Virus record (IMG/VR): IMGVR_UViG_3300008222_000151
Source of the DNA: a virus
Direction: 5' to 3' (one strand)
Length of the DNA: 7,871 nucleotides
Shown here: positions 5,187 to 7,871 of the stretch, one piece after another
How the letters are laid out: each line of letters begins with the position of its first letter
Numbering within the stretch: position 1 is the stretch's first letter
Program-made: the position numbers and the translations under genes
Notes under the pieces: generated by a model
What the model saw: the letters and a program-made list of their open reading frames with translations, nothing else
Told to the model about the DNA's origin: nothing
Database searches by the model: none

Positions 5187-5900
5187 AATATTTCTTAATG
5201 TCATAGGGACGGTATAACGCCCATGTGTAAGATAAGGAGGTAAAACCGAATAAACAGAATGTTCGTAATGATCTGAAAAAGCTTGTTTAGTGTCATAACA
5301 AGCATATAAACCAGTGCCAACTACATTCCACGTATCAACTTTTAATGATGTTGGTGAATCGCCATATTTAACAATGCCAAAATGCATTTTTGGAAGTGGT
5401 AAACGTGTGCCAGTTATCAACTTAAAAAAAGCACCAATAAACGGAATATTCACACGGTCAGAACGACGACAATAAACAACATGTTCAGCTAAGGCCAAAC
5501 GCGCTTGCTTATCAACAAGTGATAAATCTTGAATAATAAAAATAATATCCCAACCTAATTTTCTCGCATGTAACAACCAATTGATAACGAGCTGCCGACC
5601 CTTATCATTCCACGAACGCGAGTTAAACCATGTTCCACATTCATCCAATACCAACAAACCATTTTTTTCTTCATCATAAGATTTATTGCCAACGCCAATA
5701 GACTCCAAATCTTCAATTTGTGGTTTATCAGGTATTCTCAATAAACGTGTATTTTTTTTATTTCGGCCCAACATACCAACCAAATTAATATCTAAATTTG
5801 TAGCGACTGGTAAACCCGAGTTTAATTTATCCCGAATTCGGGCGACAGAAACAATAGATTTCCCGCCGCCCAATTTACCCGTAACAAAATATACTGGCAT
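4827..5900 (-). CDS. gI: Assembly ATPase g1p (Zot family), 357 aa
   Basis: From the ATG at 5900 (GAGGT about 8 nt upstream): MPVYFVTGKLGGGKS (Walker A) and LLVLDECGTWFNSRSWNDK (Walker B region). HARKLGWDIIFIIQDLSLVDKQARLALAEHVVYCRR is near-identical to the recalled Ff g1p. A TM segment follows at IMAFTVGVVLTFIFMML. The 3' end overlaps the gIV start by 23 nt. Confidence 0.97.
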   Translation of the reverse strand: MPVYFVTGKLGGGKSIVSVARIRDKLNSGLPVATNLDINLVGMLGRNKKNTRLLRIPDKPQIEDLESIGVGNKSYDEEKNGLLVLDECGTWFNSRSWNDKGRQLVINWLLHARKLGWDIIFIIQDLSLVDKQARLALAEHVVYCRRSDRVNIPFIGAFFKLITGTRLPLPKMHFGIVKYGDSPTSLKVDTWNVVGTGLYACYDTKQAFSDHYEHSVYSVLPPYLTHGRYTVPMTLRNIMRITKIYARKWSRIMAFTVGVVLTFIFMMLSADDVAVTNEVVEPVEIEKVETLKQQFSGWAISAYSNYPNQPARYHFIDSKGIDYSSIGLSSKGFVLVSKGACEVAIFKGKENVSLYCI

Positions 5901-5905
5901 AACTA

Positions 5906-6274
5906 TTACCTCGCAGATGCAACGCTTTGAATGAAATAAACTTGCCAAGTCCAAACCCACCGCACCACATTTGCTGAAAAAATAGCAGTAGCACAAGGGA
6001 TTAAATTATTTGGCACAATCAGGCTCATAGCTTGAGAATACAAAGGCGGAAATACAGCAGAAAGACCGAATAACAACGTCTTTAATGCAATTAATAACGT
6101 AATTGTCAAACCAACAATTGAAGCAATAGCGCCCATTTGAATTGCAGTTGAAACAGTAAAACGCATAGCGAAAATACTAACAACCTGAGCAAAAAGACCA
6201 CCCAAAAAAGCCGCCAACGCTGGCAACCTTGCCATTGCTGCAACACTACTTAAAATCCCAAAAATTACAGGCAT
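5906..6274 (-). CDS. gVI: Minor coat protein g6p, 122 aa
   Basis: A hydrophobic multi-TM protein, MPVIFGILSS.... LIVPNNLIPCA resembles the recalled Ff g6p LILPSNALPCF. AAGGA lies 8 nt upstream. The start is 11 nt after the gIII stop, and the stop is 5 nt before the gI start. Confidence 0.85.
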   Translation of the reverse strand: MPVIFGILSSVAAMARLPALAAFLGGLFAQVVSIFAMRFTVSTAIQMGAIASIVGLTITLLIALKTLLFGLSAVFPPLYSQAMSLIVPNNLIPCATAIFSANVVRWVWTWQVYFIQSVASAR

Positions 6275-6285
6275 TTGATTATCCT

Positions 6286-7851
6286 TTAAAAGTTAAATGA
6301 GCCTTGCGGTGAGCCTTTCGGAGTAATACCAGAGAAAACAATATTAATGATCGTCAAAACGGTATACATATAAATCAAAAACGAAAAGATTGATTTAAAT
6401 TTATCGCTAAACTCGCAAGTAATAGTAAACGCATAGTAAGACGCGCCAAGCGTCAAAGGAGTGCAAGAAGTGCTGTTAGGTATCATTTGATAGTAAGCAG
6501 TTCTAAAAGCATCCAAAGTTGAACTTGGCAAAGGTGTAACATTTGCTAACCCCTTGATTGCATCATCCACAACAGCCTTACCATTTTCAGCTTGTTCCCA
6601 ATAAGCATCACCGACACCGCCAATTATTTTTTTAGCCATTCCAGAACTTAAACCGTGTGGGCAATCATCACCAACGCACTCCTCCGTAGGTTTATCTGGG
6701 TCTGGTTTTGGAGTAGTACCACCGCCACAATTATCACCAGTACAAGGAGTTGGGTCTGGTTTTGGAGTAGTACCACCGCCACAATTATCACCAGTACAAG
6801 GAGTTGGGTCTGGTTTTGGAGTAGTACCACCGCCACAATTATCACCAGTACAAGGAGTTGGGTCTGGGTCAGTAGTACCACCGCCACAATTATCGCCAGT
6901 ACAAGGAGTTGGGTCTGGGTCAGGAGTTGGGTCAGGAGTTGGGTCAGGCCAATTAATATCACAATCGGTTTTTACCTTCCTGGCATTTTCATCACAGCTT
7001 AAAATCTTAAACTCAAAAGTATTATTTCCCGCCCGCATAGCACAATATGATTTATTAACATTAACAGCCGTTACAGCCGCAGCAGACGAACAATAAGTTT
7101 TTGTTGGATCTTTACTTTCATCATCACAATTAAGTAAACAAGGCAAATCATCGCCACCGCCAGAACTACTTCCGTCAGTACTACCAGCGCCACCATTACC
7201 ACCACCGCCACCAGAAAGGCCACCATTACCACCCGCATTAGTAAAACCACCATTATCAGCTATCGCTTGAGCGCGTAAGCCGTCAGGATTCCGAGGATCA
7301 TATTTATTATTAGGATCGTAAGGCTGACTTGGGTCATAAGGGTTAGTAGGTGAATAGGGTTGATTTGGGTCGTAAGGATTAAATGGATTAAACGGTTCAT
7401 AAAGATCATTAACATCATCAACACAAGATGATAAAAATTGCTCTTTTTCATTATCACATTCCGGTGTAAAAATCTTAGGAGCTAAACAAGCAGCCCGAGC
7501 ACTATCACGTACAGAGTTAACCTCTGGACTCTCACAAAATGGCGGTGGAGGCGCTTTACATACACCGTTTTCATTTACACTTTCACCAGCAGGACACGCA
7601 GAACCAGCTCTATAGGCATAAGCGCCCCTTTTATTGCCAAAATAGATAGCAAACTTAGAACCACCGCCACTTGCTCGACCACCAACACAAGCCGCCGCCG
7701 CATGCAAATCAACTATATCGTTGGTTCCAATACCACAAGCAGCAAATGAAGCAGGTCTAACAGATGTAATCATGCCGATTCTGACATAAGTACCCGAAGC
7801 ATTAGCAGCAAACGAAAATAAAAAAACAATAAAAATTAATATTCGATTCAT
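6286..7851 (-). CDS. gIII: Adsorption / minor coat protein g3p, 521 aa
   Basis: From the ATG at 7851 (the track start at 7863 is a TTG): signal peptide MNRILIFIVFLFSFAANA|SG. Two Cys-rich domains are separated by Pro/Asn/Tyr-rich and Gly-rich linkers. The C-terminus SCTPLTLGASYYAFTITCEFSDKFKSIFSFLIYMYTVLTIINIVF is collinear with the recalled Ff g3p ECRPFVFGAGKPYEFSIDCDKINLFRGVFAFLLYVATFMYVF. The gene sits in the gIII position. Confidence 0.9.
   Translation of the reverse strand: MNRILIFIVFLFSFAANASGTYVRIGMITSVRPASFAACGIGTNDIVDLHAAAACVGGRASGGGSKFAIYFGNKRGAYAYRAGSACPAGESVNENGVCKAPPPPFCESPEVNSVRDSARAACLAPKIFTPECDNEKEQFLSSCVDDVNDLYEPFNPFNPYDPNQPYSPTNPYDPSQPYDPNNKYDPRNPDGLRAQAIADNGGFTNAGGNGGLSGGGGGNGGAGSTDGSSSGGGDDLPCLLNCDDESKDPTKTYCSSAAAVTAVNVNKSYCAMRAGNNTFEFKILSCDENARKVKTDCDINWPDPTPDPTPDPDPTPCTGDNCGGGTTDPDPTPCTGDNCGGGTTPKPDPTPCTGDNCGGGTTPKPDPTPCTGDNCGGGTTPKPDPDKPTEECVGDDCPHGLSSGMAKKIIGGVGDAYWEQAENGKAVVDDAIKGLANVTPLPSSTLDAFRTAYYQMIPNSTSCTPLTLGASYYAFTITCEFSDKFKSIFSFLIYMYTVLTIINIVFSGITPKGSPQGSFNF
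6698..6910. repeat. Tandem coding repeat in gIII: three perfect 54-bp units plus one 51-bp variant
   Basis: Units at 6698-6751, 6752-6805 and 6806-6859 are identical (gggtctggttttggagtagtaccaccgccacaattatcaccagtacaaggagtt). Unit 6860-6910 is a variant. Each encodes TPCTGDNCGGGTT followed by PKPDP or DPDP. Confidence 0.97.
6911..6946. repeat. Short 12-bp tandem repeat encoding (PDPT)n, adjoining the 54-bp array
   Basis: gggtctgggtca ggagttgggtca ggagttgggtca. It encodes the PDPTPDPTPDPDP run just after INW in g3p. Confidence 0.85.
7282..7398. repeat. Degenerate coding repeat (N/Q-P-Y-D/S-P) in g3p linker 1
   Basis: It encodes EPFNPFNPYDPNQPYSPTNPYDPSQPYDPNNKYDPRNPD. A Gly-rich tract follows at 7147-7251. 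Confidence 0.7.
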
Positions 7852-7871
7852 AATAAAACCCAAAAAAAAAG
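7749..7871. repeat. Right copy of the 123-bp terminal redundancy
   Basis: Identical to 1-123. Confidence 0.97.

Larger units (their letters stand above)
1..7748 (-). mobile_element. One complete unit of a circular Ff-like filamentous phage (inovirus) genome, 7,748 bp
   Basis: Bases 1-123 equal 7749-7871 exactly, checked base by base. The full Ff gene set is present in Ff order on one strand. Coding density is high, with short overlaps and couplings between genes. Confidence 0.9.

Noticed and set aside
3576-5934. + strand ORFs antisense to gIV and gI (3576-3953, 4206-4403, 5686-5934)
   Set aside because: They lie antisense to strongly conserved genes. One starts at a TTG, and none has recognisable motifs.
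6698-6910. Reading the 54-bp repeats as a CRISPR array or as iterons
   Set aside because: The units are contiguous with no spacers. They are in frame and continuous with the gIII reading frame, so they are a coding tandem repeat.
6698-6910. Similarity of the repeat motif CTGDNC to the CTGDETQC disulfide loop of the Ff g3p N1 domain
   Set aside because: The match is four or five residues in a different context (linker versus globular domain). That is too short to argue homology.
6648-7457. Out-of-frame and antisense ORFs over the gIII repeats (6648-6962 -, 6655-7002 +, 7071-7253 -, 7260-7457 -)
   Set aside because: Their translations are periodic nonsense (LLTQTQLLVL..., TTATIITSTRSWVWF...) produced by stop-free repeat DNA. 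The gIII frame is the one with an Ff-like C-terminal domain.

Overview
The window is one complete circular genome of a filamentous ssDNA phage (Inoviridae, clearly related to Ff/M13/f1), plus a short wrap-around. Bases 1-123 are identical to 7749-7871, so the circle is 7,748 bp. All virion and assembly genes lie on the - strand, which is therefore the viral, mRNA-sense strand. It is visibly T-rich and the + strand A-rich. Read along the - strand, with gIII crossing the circle junction, the gene order is the canonical Ff order: rep, gV, gVII, gIX, gVIII, terminator, gIII, gVI, gI (with nested gXI), gIV, then the intergenic region. gV, gVII, gIX, gVIII, gVI, gI, gIV and the C-terminal domain of gIII are recognisable by eye as Ff homologues (for example the coat C-terminus TIGIKLFKKFTSKAT and the gI segment LLVLDECGTWFNSRSWNDK). 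gVII and gIX are absent from the supplied ORF track and were found by hand translation. Three parts are not Ff-like and are the most interesting. (1) The replication gene is not pII-like. It is a 520-aa HUH rolling-circle initiator with a four-Cys cluster. (2) Two orphan genes flank rep. ORF141 sits in the slot where Ff has only intergenic DNA. ORF82 is the only + strand gene, lies between rep and gV, and its stop codon interlocks with the rep stop. Both have ribbon-helix-helix-like C-terminal patterns. Both non-coding regions have a possible promoter followed directly by a palindrome. (3) gIII has N-terminal domains unlike Ff g3p and a spacer built from perfect 54-bp tandem repeats, each encoding a small CxxxxC loop. 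I see no integrase, tRNA, rRNA or CRISPR array, and no convincing dif-like site. The host cannot be inferred from the sequence alone.
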